NCBI GenBank assembly: GCA_964187785.1
Contig: OZ076410.1
Location: 76,384,001-76,448,000 of the forward strand
Reading direction: 5' to 3'
Length of the DNA stretch: 64,000 nucleotides
From: Amphiscolops sp. MND2022
Lineage: Eukaryota
Of the stretch, positions 38,788 through 50,529 are shown in pieces. Under the pieces are notes generated by a model, which was given only the letters and a program-made list of their open reading frames with translations, ran no database searches and was not told the origin of the DNA. A program made the translations under genes and the position numbers. How positions within the stretch are numbered: position 1 is the stretch's first letter; each line of letters begins with the position of its first letter.

Positions 38788-40610
38788 CTACTGATAGAAT
38801 GCTTAACGTTCCATCCAGACAAATAATGTGTGCTACTCTCCATGCTAGAGACGTCCGCTAATATACGAAACCAGTCTTAGAACGCGGTAGAACTGTTGAA
38901 ACAGACAATCGGAGAGAATTCTGCGAAAGCGAGAAAAGTGTCTTGGCACAATCAGAGTGTCTTTCTTGCCAGTCCGAAAAATCAGAAATGGTTTTGAATC
39001 TCCAACATAGGAAAAAAACACTCCAAAATCAAATTCAAACACTTCTGAAGGCTCAGAACATAAATATTCCTGATAGTTTTGGAAACTACATATATTCAAA
39101 ACCTGCGCATACCTCCCCAACAGTCTGTGAATCAACCAACAATTCCATTTCGAACTCAAGTTGCTGTGAACCAGGTGCTGAGGTCTATGAATGCTAATAG
39201 TCCACGAATCAAATCAACTCGCAGTATATCAATTTTTGATGAAACATTGATATCAATTGACCCGAATTCAGTATCTATCCAGGAAGGTACGTTAAGTCAC
39301 GACAATATGGTGTTCAGTCACGTCGACATGCCCAGTTTTGCTGAAAGTGAAATGATCGAGACTTCTTTGGCTTAGAAATTAATTGCTTAGAAAGATCGAC
39401 TCAAATGACACATTCTGTTGAAATGGGATTTGGCGAATATGCTGGCGGTGTGGAACAAGTAGTTCACTGCTTGAATTCTAGCCAAATCAGTGCCAAAAAC
39501 ATTCCCGAACTTTCTGATAGTCCTAAGAAGTTTTATTTACAGAAGCTTCAAGCGCAAGTAGCTACTGCATTGAGTATCAATTCAGCTAAGATGGATTATT
39601 CCGAATCCAACAAAGTTATTGCTACATTACAAGAGGCTGGAGGTAACGTAGACTCAGCCTCAATGAAGGCTGAAATCGCTGCTATCGATCATATAGCTCA
39701 GGGCATCGATTTCAATTATTCAGATCGGATGCGATCAGTTGATTGATCGTTGGAATGCCATCGCTATGAGATATGGAGCTAAATTGGATGTCGATGATTT
39801 GAGCTGTGATTTCGGCGGTTTTGAGAGAGATACGATAGAGCTCCTCTCAATTTCATGACAGAAACAACCAATTTGAAGCATGTTAATCAACCTTTCTATA
39901 GCAGCATCATCAATGCAGAATCGCTTTGTCAGTCCTTGATGAAATCGAACTGCAACCTTCATTCGAAGCAGAAGTCTAACATCTCTTCCAGCGAAATCCA
40001 AATTTTAGGTTCCAGTGCTTCAAAAGTGCTTCAAAAGCACCTGGAAGGTAGATTAGCTGCTAAAGAAGGAACAAGTAAAAGATGGTCTGATCAGATTTCT
40101 AAGCCCAGTGTGAACAAGGAGTTCCTTAGCGATGAATATTTTAGATATAGAAAAGTTACGCGCTCTTCCCAAATTTTTGTAGAGAAGTGTTTCAAATCAG
40201 ATAATCAATTCTATTTTCAAAATCAATATCTTACACACGTCTTTTTCCAAAAACAGTGCTATTGGTGCTTTAACCGATTAAACCTTGCCAATTATTTGTA
40301 AATTTATCTATTTTATTTAAGATTAATAAAAAAATTTTCCCAAATTGCGTTTACTAAATGCCGTAAATAAATATTGAGTTTGTTAATTCGTCAGACAAAT
40401 TCTCAAAAATCGAGCAAAACTATTTTCTTTGTATTTTTTCACGTCATATGGGTAGTACAGTTTCAAGTCAGCTGGAACAAAACATTTGAAAATGATGTAC
40501 TGTCACTTTGATTCGTTACGCGTTGACATGAATAGCATAAGTTGGTACATTTTGTATACACATGTCTTGATAATGAGTTCATCGCTAATGATGGTGAAAA
40601 CCAGTTTGGC

Positions 40611-40618
40611 TATTTCAG
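40611..40618 (+). promoter_or_regulatory. Candidate splice acceptor (TATTTCAG) 15 nt upstream of the RPL27A ATG
   Basis: Matches the TTTCAG acceptor consensus. Could be the end of a 5'UTR intron or a trans-splice site; no donor identified. Confidence 0.4.
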
Positions 40619-40633
40619 AACGCATTTGTTGAA

Positions 40634-41092
40634 ATGAAAGCTGGAAACAAGAATAAAAAGTGCAGGAAGATGCGAGGACACGTGAGTCACGGTCATGGAC
40701 GAGTTGGCAAGCACCGAAAGCATCCCGGAGGTCGAGGTCTTGCTGGTGGTCAACACCATCACCGAATCCTCATGGACAAGTACCACCCCGGTTACTTCGG
40801 CAAAGTGGGAATGCGCAACTTCCACTTAAAGAAGAATCCCCGCTATTGTCCTATCATCAACGTCAACCAGCTCTACAGCTTGGTTCCCGATGCCCAGAAG
40901 AAGGAGTGCGAGAAGCAAGGGGTGAAAAACAAGGCACCTGTCATTAACTTGCTGAACCACGGGTACTTCAAGGTTCTCGGAACTGGTCAAGTGCCATCAA
41001 AGCCTCCTTTGATCGTCAAAGCCCGATTTTTCAGTCGAACTGCTGAGGCGAAGATCAAGAAAGCCGGTGGTGCTTGTATTTTGACCGCCTAA
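40634..41092 (+). CDS. RPL27A: 60S ribosomal protein L27a (uL15), intact single-exon ORF, 152 aa
   Basis: [45 protein letters not shown]...[21 protein letters not shown]-ending codons are frequent compared with the AT-rich flanks. AATAAA at about 41473. Confidence 0.97.
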   Translation: MKAGNKNKKCRKMRGHVSHGHGRVGKHRKHPGGRGLAGGQHHHRILMDKYHPGYFGKVGMRNFHLKKNPRYCPIINVNQLYSLVPDAQKKECEKQGVKNKAPVINLLNHGYFKVLGTGQVPSKPPLIVKARFFSRTAEAKIKKAGGACILTA

Positions 41093-41898
41093 TTCACTTT
41101 TCGCGTTCATTTTAGTTTTCATTCCTTAGCTTGGAGCAGATGATTTTAAGCAGTGAGCAACAACCTATTTTGCTATATCACGTAGTTTTTGTTTGCTATT
41201 GAAAGTCACGTGGTCTGTTTCGGATACAAAAATTATCATCGTAAACATGCGTTTGAAAACTTGGTTTGGTTTAAAAGTTTTTAGTTGGTTTATATTTGAC
41301 CAAACACTGTCCCTGAACAGTAAGTGCTTTATAGATTCAGAGGGTTTAAATCTGCATTAATAGTTTTGACACAGTCTAGGTCTAGCTCTAGCCGTTCTAG
41401 CAGCTAGGTCTAGCTAAGCTTACTTTGGTAATCAGAAACCAATGGAAAATATTCTCTCAATAGAACCATGTCAATAAAATAAACTTTTCACTTGCCTGTT
41501 TGGCAGAAGCCTCTCTTCTCTGAACATGTGACATATGCTAATATGATGTTTAGCGAAAACGTGATTAGGAAAGTTGATAAGGAAGAATATCAGAGATACC
41601 GAAACGTCTGAACAGACTGTGGGTAGCCTGTAAAAATAGGGATGAATGAAAACTATTGTAGTTGAATAAACTGTGACAATTTCAGGGTTACTTGAAAAGC
41701 AACGCGCGTATTAGAACGACGAACCATTAAACAAACAATCGAATAATGAGTCAAAAAAGCGTAGGTAAATTATTTGACTGGTTTAAAAAACTGCATCAAA
41801 ATGTCAAAGGGTTAGTTGGTTGAATTGTTTGTCAGCATAATACATCATTTATACTGATGATATATGATATGGCAAGTAAATGACAGATTGGCTCTGAG

Positions 41899-44800
41899 AT
41901 TTAATGGGCAGTACAAATTGGATTAAATTTCATTTCTGCGATAGCAGGAATAATATAGAAATCTGAAAGATGCAACTTTTTTCCAGACAACTCTGTTCGT
42001 GATCCGAGTACCTACTGAAAAATTCAGATATTTTGTTCGGCAGTGAGTATAAGCATGAGATTTAAATTTCTCAAGCTACCGACGCCAATTCAATTCTCGT
42101 GCGATGAAGCCAGTGAGTGTGAATTATTCGTTCGCCGAGAGCTTCGCCTGCATTCAAATCCGAATGCGAAACTGCGTATAGGCTTGGTAGTTATATTTTT
42201 TTAGTAGTCCGAGAAGAAATAAAGGTATAAATTGATAGTGATTAATTGTGCGTTATATTGAACAGGAGTGTTGGTTGTTCCAGATATGCTTCTATTATTG
42301 AACATGAAAGCCCAAAGCAGAAATAATACTATGACCCGCAGGGGCTTATTTTTTGTTAGCGACCGGACATTTCGTCAGCTGAGTAACTTCCGACTGCCAC
42401 TTGGCTCAGTGGATACCGCGGGTGGGACCATAGCTGGAAACTAGTTTACTTGGGCTCGAAGTAAACAGGCCCTCTGGGTGTTTTGACACTGCGCAATTTT
42501 CGGTCCTCAAAACTTGAAAGGTTCTAATATTTTTGTCCGGCAAAATGCGTCTCAAAAGTTTAAAAAGTCCGAAGATTTTTAAAACTATTTTGGTTTCAGT
42601 GATGTATGTAAATTACAGAAGTCCAATTTTTGAGTTGTCTGATATCTGAAGTGCACATAAGGCACCAAAAGCTCCATTTGTTTTTGTTACATTTCAACCT
42701 ATCTGAAAAAAATGGTATGAGGCCAAAGATGCCCACACTTGGTTTTTCCGACACTGCAATTTTTTGTCGCATTTCGTCTTTAAGTGTTTGGATGTTTTCA
42801 ATAACTAAAATGCGTTCTTTTTGAATGGGTTCTCTTTGAGGGATTTCTGACTTTACAACTTTTATTAAAACTAATTTCATTCCACCAAGGCGTCCTGTTT
42901 TCATTTTTGTTAAACTTATTGATAGTCTTTTTCAGCCTGTCACTCCTTGGGTTTTTGCAGAGTTGTCACTTCGTTCTTGAAAATGATTTTCCAACTTCTA
43001 GTCCTCCCTTTGGCAGGAGATTCTATCTATTCATTGTCGAACTTCGCTATCTTTCCAAATTTAATTGTATATGGTCTGACTTCTGATATAATGCTTTTTC
43101 CTATGGAATTGTTAATGAAGTTGACGACGTTTTTAACGAATTAATTTTTATTATTTCTGCGATAGCAGGAATATTATTGAAACCTTAAGGTTCCACTTTT
43201 TTCAGTAAAATTTTTGTCGTGATACTGAAAATTCAGATATTGTTCGGCAGTGAGTATAAGCGTGATTTAAGTTTCTCAAGCTGCCGACAACAATTCGTTT
43301 CTAGTGCGATGGAACGAGTGAGTGGTATTTAATAAATACTATTTATGCTTTCGTACGCCGAGTTATTGAGATGAAGCGAACGAGTCTCAATTATTCGTAC
43401 GCCGAGTTCATGAAATGAAGCGAATGAGTGTTATTTGTTCGTTCGCCGAGAGCTTCGCCTGCATCCAAATGCGAATGTGAAACTTCGTCTACGCTTAGTA
43501 GTTACATTTGCTTTAGTGGGCATTTAATGGGCAGTACAAATTGGATTAAATTTCATTTCTGCGATAGCAGGAATAATATAGAAATCTGAAAGATGCAACT
43601 TTTTTCCAGACAACTCTGTTCGTGATCCGAGTACCTACTGAAAAATTCAGATATTTTGTTCGGCAGTGAGTATAAGCATGAGATTTAAATTTCTCAAGCT
43701 ACCGACGCCAATTCAATTCTCGTGCGATGAAGCCAGTGAGTGTGAATTATTCGTTCGCCGAGAGCTTCGCCTGCATTCAAATCCGAATGCGAAACTGCGT
43801 ATAGGCTTGGTAGTTATATTTTTTTAGTAGTCCGAGAAGAAATAAAGGTATAAATTGATAGTGATTAATTGTGCGTTATATTGAACAGGAGTGTTGGTTG
43901 TTCCAGATATGCTTCTATTATTGAACATGAAAGCCCAAAGCAGAAATAATACTATGACCCGCAGGGGCTTATTTTTTGTTAGCGACCGGACATTTCGTCA
44001 GCTGAGTAACTTCCGACTGCCACTTGGCTCAGTGGATACCGCGGGTGGGACCATAGCTGGAAACTAGTTTACTTGGGCTCGAAGTAAACAGGCCCTCTGG
44101 GTGTTTTGACACTGCGCAATTTTCGGTCCTCAAAACTTGAAAGGTTCTAATATTTTTGTCCGGCAAAATGCGTCTCAAAAGTTTAAAAAGTCCGAAGATT
44201 TTTAAAACTATTTTGGTTTCAGTGATGTATGTAAATTACAGAAGTCCAATTTTTGAGTTGTCTGATATCTGAAGTGCACATAAGGCACCAAAAGCTCCAT
44301 TTGTTTTTGTTACATTTCAACCTATCTGAAAAAAATGGTATGAGGCCAAAGATGCCCACACTTGGTTTTTCCGACACTGCAATTTTTTGTCGCATTTCGT
44401 CTTTAAGTGTTTGGATGTTTTCAATAACTAAAATGCGTTCTTTTTGAATGGGTTCTCTTTGAGGGATTTCTGACTTTACAACTTTTATTAAAACTAATTT
44501 CATTCCACCAAGGCGTCCTGTTTTCATTTTTGTTAAACTTATTGATAGTCTTTTTCAGCCTGTCACTCCTTGGGTTTTTGCAGAGTTGTCACTTCGTTCT
44601 TGAAAATGATTTTCCAACTTCTAGTCCTCCCTTTGGCAGGAGATTCTATCTATTCATTGTCGAACTTCGCTATCTTTCCAAATTTAATTGTATATGGTCT
44701 GACTTCTGATATAATGCTTTTTCCTATGGAATTGTTAATGAAGTTGACGACGTTTTTAACGAATTAATTTTTATTATTTCTGCGATAGCAGGAATATTAT

Positions 44801-45140
44801 TGAAACCTTAAGGTTCCACTTTTTTCAGTAAAATTTTTGTCGTGATACTGAAAATTCAGATATTGTTCGGCAGTGAGTATAAGCGTGATTTAAGTTTCTC
44901 AAGCTGCCGACAACAATTCGTTTCTAGTGCGATGGAACGAGTGAGTGGTATTTAATAAATACTATTTATGCTTTCGTACGCCGAGTTATTGAGATGAAGC
45001 GAACGAGTCTCAATTATTCGTACGCCGAGTTCATGAAATGAAGCGAATGAGTGTTATTTGTTCGTTCGCCGAGAGCTTCGCCTGCATCCAAATGCGAATG
45101 TGAAACTTCGTCTACGCTTAGTAGTTACATTTGCTTTAGT
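41899..45140 (+). repeat. Apparently identical tandem duplication, unit 1619 bp (41899-43517 / 43522-45140), with 4-nt GGGC filler
   Basis: ORF pairs offset by exactly 1623 bp with identical translations. No differences seen in spot checks. Confidence 0.97.
41930..42355 (+). mobile_element. Non-autonomous Helentron-like element (HINE), family 1, subtype A; copy at 43553-43978
   Basis: 5' catttctgc / 3' gcagaaataat subterminal inverted repeat, followed by a GC hairpin (cccgcaggg) and a T-run. Confidence 0.65.
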
Positions 45141-45294
45141 CCGAGATTCAAAGGCGTTATAAATTGGTAGAGTGATTAATTGTGCGCTAAATAGTGATTA
45201 AACAAGAGTGTATTGGTATTCCAGATAGGATTCTATTATTGAAAATGAAAGATTAAAGCAGAAATAATACTGAGCCCCGGAGGGGCCTTTTTTT
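44771..45294 (+). mobile_element. HINE family 1, subtype B (complete); truncated copy at 43148-43517
   Basis: Perfect 11-bp subTIR ATTATTTCTGC (44773) / GCAGAAATAAT (45258), 3' hairpin GCCCC-gga-GGGGC (45274-45286), and a terminal T-run. Confidence 0.75.
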
Positions 45295-48200
45295 TAGAAG
45301 TCGGAAAAAATTTTCGACTACTTATGCAATCGTGCTGTTTTTTTTGTTTTTTTTTCTCCCGACCTTTTCATGAAAATTTCAAATTTCTCAAAAACTGTCC
45401 ATACGATTTTCACGAAATTTTGCACAGTCATTCTACACCTAAAGGGGCCCCTGCGTGTGCAAAGGCATCAAAATCGTATGGCTGGGATGTGAGAAACATA
45501 GCCAAAATTAGCCCAAAAATGCCCAAAAAAGTCATTTTTCGATTTTTTTCGATTTTCTCAAAAACTGTCCATACGATTCGAACGAAATTTTCTACAGTTA
45601 TTCTACACCATAGTAGAGTCCTATATGAGCTATGGCATCAAAATCGTATGGCTGGCATGTGAGAAACATAGCCAAAATTAGCCCAAAAATGGCCAAAAAA
45701 CAGCCATTTTTCGACTTTTTTCGATTTTCTCAAAAACTGTCCATACGATTCGAACGAAATTTTCTACAGTTATTCTACACCATAGTAGAGTCCTATATGT
45801 GCAATGGCATCAAAATCGTATGGCTGGGATGTGAGAAACATCGCCAAAATTAGCCCAAAAATGGCAAAAAAACAGTCATTTTTCGATTTTTTTTCGATTT
45901 TCTCAAAAACTGTCCATACGATTCGAACGAAATTTTCTACAGTTATTCTAAACCATAGTAGAGTCCTATATGTACAATGGCATCAAAATCGTATTGCTGG
46001 GTTGTGAGAAACATAGCCAAAATTAGCCCAAAAATGGCCAAGAAACAGTCATTTTTCGATTTTTTTTCGATTTTCTCAAAAACTGTCCATACGATTCGAA
46101 CGAAATTTTCTACAGTTATTCTACACCATATTAGAGTCCTATATGTGCAGTGGCATCAAAATCGTATGGCTGGGATGTGAGAAACATAGCCAAAATTAGC
46201 CCAAAAATGGCCAAAAAATAGCCATTTTTCGACTTTTTTCGATTTTCTCAAAAACTGTCCATACGATTCTAACGATTTTTGAAGATCAATAGGCAATTTA
46301 TTAGTGCTTGCTAATAATTAAGATTTGTTAAACCTTAAATGAGTCTTTTTCGTAACACATTTCAACCCGAGTAGATACATTTTTGTACGTCGCAAAGTTT
46401 AATTCTCTCTTCTGTCATTTCAGTTTATTAATTGACAGTGTTTAATCGACCTACTGTCTTCAGTATTTGGTGCCGCAAAAGCTATAAAATCAAGTTTAAC
46501 CTCCACCGACATCAATTGCGTTCACAAAAAACTTCAAAAAATCTCGCTGAGAAGAGTTGTATTCGTTTTACAATGACAGTCAAAAAGTCGCAGTTTTTTG
46601 CTCCCACGCCGAACGATTGTGTCATCAGAACCTGAGAAAACACAAACTGCCTTAGCGTTACATTCAGCGGAGTCATTGAAAGTCCTGTTGTGCCGAAAAC
46701 AGAAACTTCGGACTTTTAAGAAGGCTGTGGAATGGATAAAAAGCATAGTGATGTGGAGATAAAGTCAGGCTCAATGACGCAGATGGTTCTATGCAGACAA
46801 TGATTAAGGAGTTAAATCCAAGGTTTCTTGTTTTCACAGATGGAACTGAACGAAGAATCGTAATTTAGTTGTCAGATTGCCTGAAGAAATTAGATTAGCT
46901 AGTCTTGATATAAACATTCAGCGGCTTACTGGAACATTAGATGTAAACTAAGTTGAAATTAACTTTTATTACTTTGAAAATTGATTGATTGAATCTGGGT
47001 GATGACGACAAAATAGCTTAGCTCAATTGATAGTTCATTTTCAATTGAAATTATTCAGTTTTTAACCCTTCTCGGTGCAATAGGATCTTAGCTCTACTTC
47101 AACGGCTTGAAAGTTTTCGCTTGCGCTGAAGAGCCGCTTTCATTTTCAGTCATTTACCATTTTAATTACTCAATTATTTAATTATGAAAATGACAGCTTG
47201 AAACAAGATTCGTTTTGCTTCTAAAATTGAGTCAAAAAATTAGTTCCATTGAATCAACTCATCAGGATGTTTATTTTCAATCCTGACCTATTTTTAGGAG
47301 TCGGAAAAAATTTTCGACTACTTATGCAATCGTGCTGTTTTTTTTTGTTTTTTTTTTCTCCCAACCTTTTCATGAAAATTTCAAATTTCTCAAAAACTGT
47401 CCATACGATTTTCACGAAATTTTGCACAGTCATTCTACACCTAAAGGGGCCCCTGCGTGTGCAAAGGCATCAAAATCGTATGGCTGGGATGTGAGAAACA
47501 TAGCCAAAATTAGCCCAAAAATGGCCAAAAAACAGTCATTTTTCGATTTTTTCAATTTTCTCAAAAACTGTCCATACGATTCTAACGATTTTTGAAGATC
47601 AATAGGCAATTTATTAGTGCTTGCTAATAATTAAGATTTGTTAAACCTTAAATGAGTCTTTTTCGTAACACATTTGAACCCGAGTAGATACATTTTTGTA
47701 CGTCGCAAAGTTTAATTCTCTCTTCTGTCATTTCAGTTTATTAATTGACAGTGTTTAATCGACCTACTGTCTTCAGTATTTGGTGCCGCAAAAGCTATAA
47801 AATCAAGTTTAACCTCCACCGACATCAATTGCGTTCACAAAAAACCTCAAAAAATCTCGCTGAGAAGAGTTGTATTCGTTTTACAATGACAGTCAAAAAG
47901 TCGCAGTTTTTTGCTCCCACGCCGAACGATTGTGTCATCAGAGAACCTGAGAAAACACAAACTGCCTTAGCGTTACATTCAGCGGAGTCATTGAAAGTCC
48001 TGTTGTGCCGAAAACAGAAACTTCGGACTTTTAAGAAGGCTGTGGAATGGATAAAAAGCATAGTGATGTGGAGATAAAGTCAGGCTCAATGACGCAGATG
48101 GTTCTATGCAGACAATGATTAAGGAGTTAAATCCAAGGTTTCTTGTTTTCACAGATGGGACTGAACGAAGAATCGTAATTTAGTTGTCAGATTGCCTGAA

Positions 48201-49030
48201 GAAATTAGATTAGCTAGTCTTGATATAAACATTCAGCGGCTTACTGGAACATTAGATGTAAACTAAGTTGAAATTAACTTTTATTACTTTGAAAATTGAT
48301 TGATTGAATCTGGGTGATGACGACAAAATAGCTTAGCTCAATTGATAGTTCATTTTGAATTGAAATTATTCAGTTTTTAACCCTTCTCGGTGCAATAGGA
48401 TCTTAGCTCTACTTCAACGGCTTGAAAGTTTTCGCTTGCGCTGAAGAGCCGCTTTCATTTTCAGTCATTTACCATTTGCTTCTAAAAATTGAGTCAAAAA
48501 ATTAGTTCCATTGAATCAACTCATCAGGACGTTTATTTTCAATCCTGACCTATTTTTAGGAGTCGGAAAAAATTTTCGACTACTTATGCAATCGTGCTGT
48601 TTTTTTTTGTTTTTTTTTCTCCCAACCTTTTCATGAAAATTTCAAATTTCTCAAAAACTGTCCATACGATTTTCACGAAATTTTGCACAGTCATTCTACA
48701 CCTAAAGGGGCCCCTGCGTGTGCAAAGGCATCAAAATCGTATGGCTGGGATGTGAGAAACATAGCCAAAATTAGCCCAAAAATGGCCAAAAAACAGTCAT
48801 TTTTCGATTTTTTCAATTTTCTCAAAAACTGTCCATACGATTCGAACGAAATTTTCTACAGTTATTCTACACCATATTAGAGTCCTATATGTGCAATGGC
48901 ATCAAAATCGTATGGCTGGGATGTGAGAAACATAGCCAAAATTAACCCAAAAATGGTCAAAAAAGGCCATTTTTCGACTTCAGAAGGAAAAAGACCTAAG
49001 CCGACTTCTTACCGCACATGCGGCTCTGGT
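45295..49030 (+). mobile_element. HINE family 2 carrying an internal 172-173-bp satellite; three pieces (45295-46273, 47295-47587, 48557-49030)
   Basis: 5' agaagtcgg / 3' ccgacttct subTIR (49001), 3' hairpin CCGCA-ca-TGCGG (49012-49023). About 5.5 tandem units in the first piece (ORF periodicity 172/173). Confidence 0.75.
46274..48556 (+). repeat. Duplicated about 1.0-kb spacer (46274-47294 / 47588-48556) between satellite-bearing elements
   Basis: Offset about 1313 bp. The second copy has an about 60-bp deletion near 48475 and a 2-bp insertion near 47941. Confidence 0.95.
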
Positions 49031-49599
49031 CTAACTTGGAATCGATGGTACCAAGTATTTTCAGAAAAAGTTGGAAGTTCGACTCTGACCATAGTCAACG
49101 TTTTGCATGCTTTCAATTTAAACTGTGAAATCGTCTGTATATAAGGTTTATGAGGATAAAAGTTGGATGGACACGTTTCCGAACTTCTTGATCCATGTCC
49201 GCAATGTTTACGTTTCCTTAGGATGAGCATGGGGCTCGACTCTAACAAGGCTAAATTTTGCCTTTTAGTTTCGACTTTATTTTCACGTTTTCTGTTTTAA
49301 TGTAACGAGAAACATGCGCTATGTCCGAACTACCAACTATCTTCCGGACTGTGAAGATGGATAGAAATAATTTTTTTTCGCATTACAATGGCAGGAATCC
49401 ATATGCATACTGCATGGTCTAGCGTTCAGATCAGTAAGGACTTTTCTACATCAAGAAACTACTACTTTTTTAGTCGGCGTTTTTATAAAAAAAAAAGAGC
49501 CCGACTATTACAGTCACTCGTTTTTTTCTTTAAGACAGACTCGAAGCGACGAACGTTAAAATTAACGTTCAACTACTAAATACAGTACTAAACTACATT

Positions 49600-49950
49600 T
49601 AGGATAGTGCAAAGGGTCCCCCCTTTCAGTTACTCCATTTTTTCAAAACAGGACGAGACTATAGAGTTTGAGTTTTTTTCGGCATTGTGCGACTTTTTTC
49701 GAAATTTTTTTGTCTCCAAAGGGTCCCCCCTTCAAGTTTTTTGATACTTTACAGCGAATTGAAGTTTCAAAAAGCCCAAAGGGTCTCCCCTTTCAAGTTT
49801 TTCGGCACTATGAGACTGGCTCAAAATTCTTATTTTTCGATTTTTCTTTTTTTTCAAAAAACCCAATGGGTCCCCCTTTTACAATTTCAAAAAGTTTGAG
49901 CTTTTTGAGCCTTAGATATGGCGCCGACTTTAGACGTTCCCGTCTTGTTG
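49600..49950 (+). mobile_element. HINE family 3 copy (aaagggtccccc-repeat type); degenerate copy at about 50030-50210
   Basis: 3' end ttttgagccttagatatggcgccgactt, hairpin AGACG-ttcc-CGTCT, then tgtt. Homologous to 63108-63475. Confidence 0.65.
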
Positions 49951-50529
49951 GCAATTAATTAGGTCTGGATTTGTCTGTTTTTTTGAAAGGTTTCATTTCT
50001 AGCACATATTTTACTAGCCTAGATGATATAGCAAAGGGTCCCTTCTTTGGGGGTTTAAAAAGTTTTCAATTAACCAAATAGTCCTCCGTGATTTTTGTTG
50101 TTTTCAGAAACAGAATAGCCTCTCCAGCCTGAAAGCCTTCTTAAAAGTTTTTCTTTGCGCATTTTGAGCCTTAAACGGGCGAGGATTTTGGCCATGTCCG
50201 GCTCGTTTGGTCCCATGTGCAAACATGGCTGGTAAAAATTGCCATTTAATAAGTCCTAGCTCCTCTAGATCTCAAGCTCGCAACATTCCTCTAAAACAAA
50301 ATGGAGTCAGTTGATTAATATATTCATTTCGATAAATTTGTGTAAAATCTCGGTTGAAATTGCAATATTTGAAGCGTTTTTGTTCCCCACAATCGGAGTT
50401 TTTTGGATTAGTGATTAAGACACGTTTTTGTCGAACAAACAAGCTATATGAAACTCAAATTGACTTCCTATAGTTTAACAAAAATCCAAATCGGATAATG
50501 ACAGTAAAAAAACTCATGAAAAATAGCAA

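Larger units (their letters stand above)
33050..40301 (+). pseudogene. STIL: STIL (SCL/TAL1-interrupting locus; Ana2/SAS-5 family) homolog, disrupted
   Basis: After excising the two LINEs and the duplication: FGELSFDLSW...KPLNPVPIIPSALARNLSG...[35 protein letters not shown]..VW (compare vertebrate STIL, recalled: PIPIIPTALARNLS...[31 protein letters not shown]). Also SEEPSPCPQLVPSPH...SVPEVSI (CR2-like), coiled coil LQNQIQTLLKAQ (about 38985-39060), VIATLQEAGGNVDS, and NAIAMRY (STAN-like, about 39751). Several frameshifts and stops; no introns evident. Confidence 0.85.

Noticed and set aside
40610-40947. Overlapping ORFs 40610-40825 (-) and 40660-40947 (+)
   Set aside because: Shadow frames of RPL27A caused by its codon bias.
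40634-41092. Contamination or horizontal transfer as the explanation for the divergent RPL27A
   Set aside because: It is contiguous with host-type repeats, and sequence divergence alone cannot show transfer without a phylogeny.
42400-43140. Minus-strand ORF pieces (MKTGRLGG...) in the 1.62-kb duplicate
   Set aside because: No recognisable motif. Possibly a decayed LINE ORF1, but unsupported.
45324-49144. Repeated ORFs (MASKSYGWDVRNIAK...) and regular repeats suggesting a gene family or CRISPR array
   Set aside because: They are translations of the 172-173-bp satellite. There are no unique spacers and no cas genes.
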